A stretch of 49,627 bases of DNA, from assembly GCA_021778035.1 (NCBI GenBank), contig JAJYCY010000001.1, positions 22,530 to 72,156 on the forward strand, read 5' to 3'. The stretch is from Pseudomonadota bacterium. GTDB lineage: Bacteria; Pseudomonadota; Gammaproteobacteria; Acidiferrobacterales; UBA6901. The position numbers and the translations under genes are program-made. Of this stretch, positions 48,742 to 49,627 are shown in pieces (the first letter of the stretch is position 1; each line of letters begins with the position of its first letter). The notes under the pieces are model-generated. The model was not told where the DNA came from. It saw only the letters and a program-made list of their open reading frames with translations, and made no database searches.

Positions 48742-49627
48742 ATGCAGGTAACAGGAATGGTGCGCAGCAAACCACGCATGGCTCTTGTGCTCGGACTGGG
48801 TGCGACAGGACTTTCCTGCGTACGTTATCTGAGCGCGCGCGGCTACAGCGTGCGCGTTGCGGACAGTCGCCAGTCGCCGCCCATGCTGGCGCAGCTGCAG
48901 GCGGAATTTCCCGGCATGGCGGTTCACACCGGCCCGTGGGACAGCAGCGTGTTCCTGGGCGCCGACCTGCTCGTCGTCAGCCCCGGCCTGTCGCTGCGCG
49001 CCCCAGGAATTGCTGGTGCAATCGCCGCCGGCAGGGCTGCCGTTGGGGACATCGAGCTCTTCGCGCAGGAGGCGTCAGCGCCGGTCATCGCGATTACCGG
49101 CTCCAACGGAAAGAGCACGGTGACAACCCTGGTGGGCGAGATCTGCCGGGCGTCAGGCCTCGATGCCGCAGTCGGCGGCAACATCGGTACGCCCGCACTT
49201 GAACTTCTCCGCAAGCCGGAACCAGCGGTGTACGTGCTGGAGCTTTCGAGTTTCCAGCTTGAGACCACCGCCAGTCTCAACGCCCGCTCGGCAACGATAC
49301 TGAACATTACCCCCGACCACATGGACCGCTACCGCGATATCGAGGAATACGCTGTGGCCAAAGGGCGCGTCTTCCGGGGCGACGGGGTGATGGTGCTCAA
49401 TCGTGAGGATCCGGCCGTGATGGCCATGGCCAGGCCAGACCGGCGCACCCTGTACTTCGGGCTGTCGTCGCCCCGTAATGACGCGGACTACGGCCTGCTG
49501 CGGCAGGGCCGGGAAGAGTGGCTGGCACGTGGTTCCGAACTGATCATGCCGGTATCCGAATTGCGGCTTGCCGGGCGCCATAACATTGCCAACGCTCTGG
49601 CGGCCGCGGCGCTGGTAGATGTGGTCG
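48742..49627 (+). CDS. murD: UDP-MurNAc-L-Ala--D-Glu ligase (runs off the window end)
   Basis: Manual translation: VLGLGATGLSC, ITGSNGKSTVT, GGNIG, ELSSFQL, NITPDHMDRY; start 48742 or 48757. Confidence 0.95.
   Translation, partial: MQVTGMVRSKPRMALVLGLGATGLSCVRYLSARGYSVRVADSRQSPPMLAQLQAEFPGMAVHTGPWDSSVFLGADLLVVSPGLSLRAPGIAGAIAAGRAAVGDIELFAQEASAPVIAITGSNGKSTVTTLVGEICRASGLDAAVGGNIGTPALELLRKPEPAVYVLELSSFQLETTASLNARSATILNITPDHMDRYRDIEEYAVAKGRVFRGDGVMVLNREDPAVMAMARPDRRTLYFGLSSPRNDADYGLLRQGREEWLARGSELIMPVSELRLAGRHNIANALAAAALVDVV

Overview
GC-rich gammaproteobacterial chromosomal segment, mostly core housekeeping. Gene order suggests a sulfur/iron-oxidiser type lineage such as Acidiferrobacterales; this is inference only. 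Left to right: (-) hpf, rpoN, lptB, lptA, lptC, kdsC, kdsD; (+) CPA2/Kef antiporter, MDR quinone oxidoreductase, hypothetical; (-) small Cys/His protein, extended SDR, luciferase-like monooxygenase; (+) mlaFEDCB, bolA, grxD, murA, hisGDCBHAFIE, HIT, tatA, tatA, tatB, tatC; (-) degS; (+) petABC, sspAB; (-) DUF3301-like; (+) macrodomain; a decayed IS630-like fragment; (-) beta-barrel OMP, small membrane protein, GlcD-like FAD oxidase, dolP, gmhA/diaA-like, lpoA; (+) rsmI, rnpB, mraZ, rsmH, ftsL, ftsI, murE, murF, mraY, murD (partial). I saw no CRISPR array, tRNA, rRNA, prophage or intact mobile element. The most unusual signal is a recurring set of unannotated mini-ORFs (18-33 codons) spanning long intra-operon spacers from one gene's stop to the next gene's start, often with exact ATGA/GTGA overlaps. 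They occur in the his operon and at the site where yraN normally lies, and look like 'translational bridges'. Other signals: low-complexity C-terminal tails that close other gaps, a duplicated tatA with Lys/Arg-rich tails on all Tat subunits, a GmhA-family protein lacking its metal ligands, and an uncharacterised LLM-SDR-Zn-ribbon operon. All calls are by eye from motifs and synteny; no searches were run.
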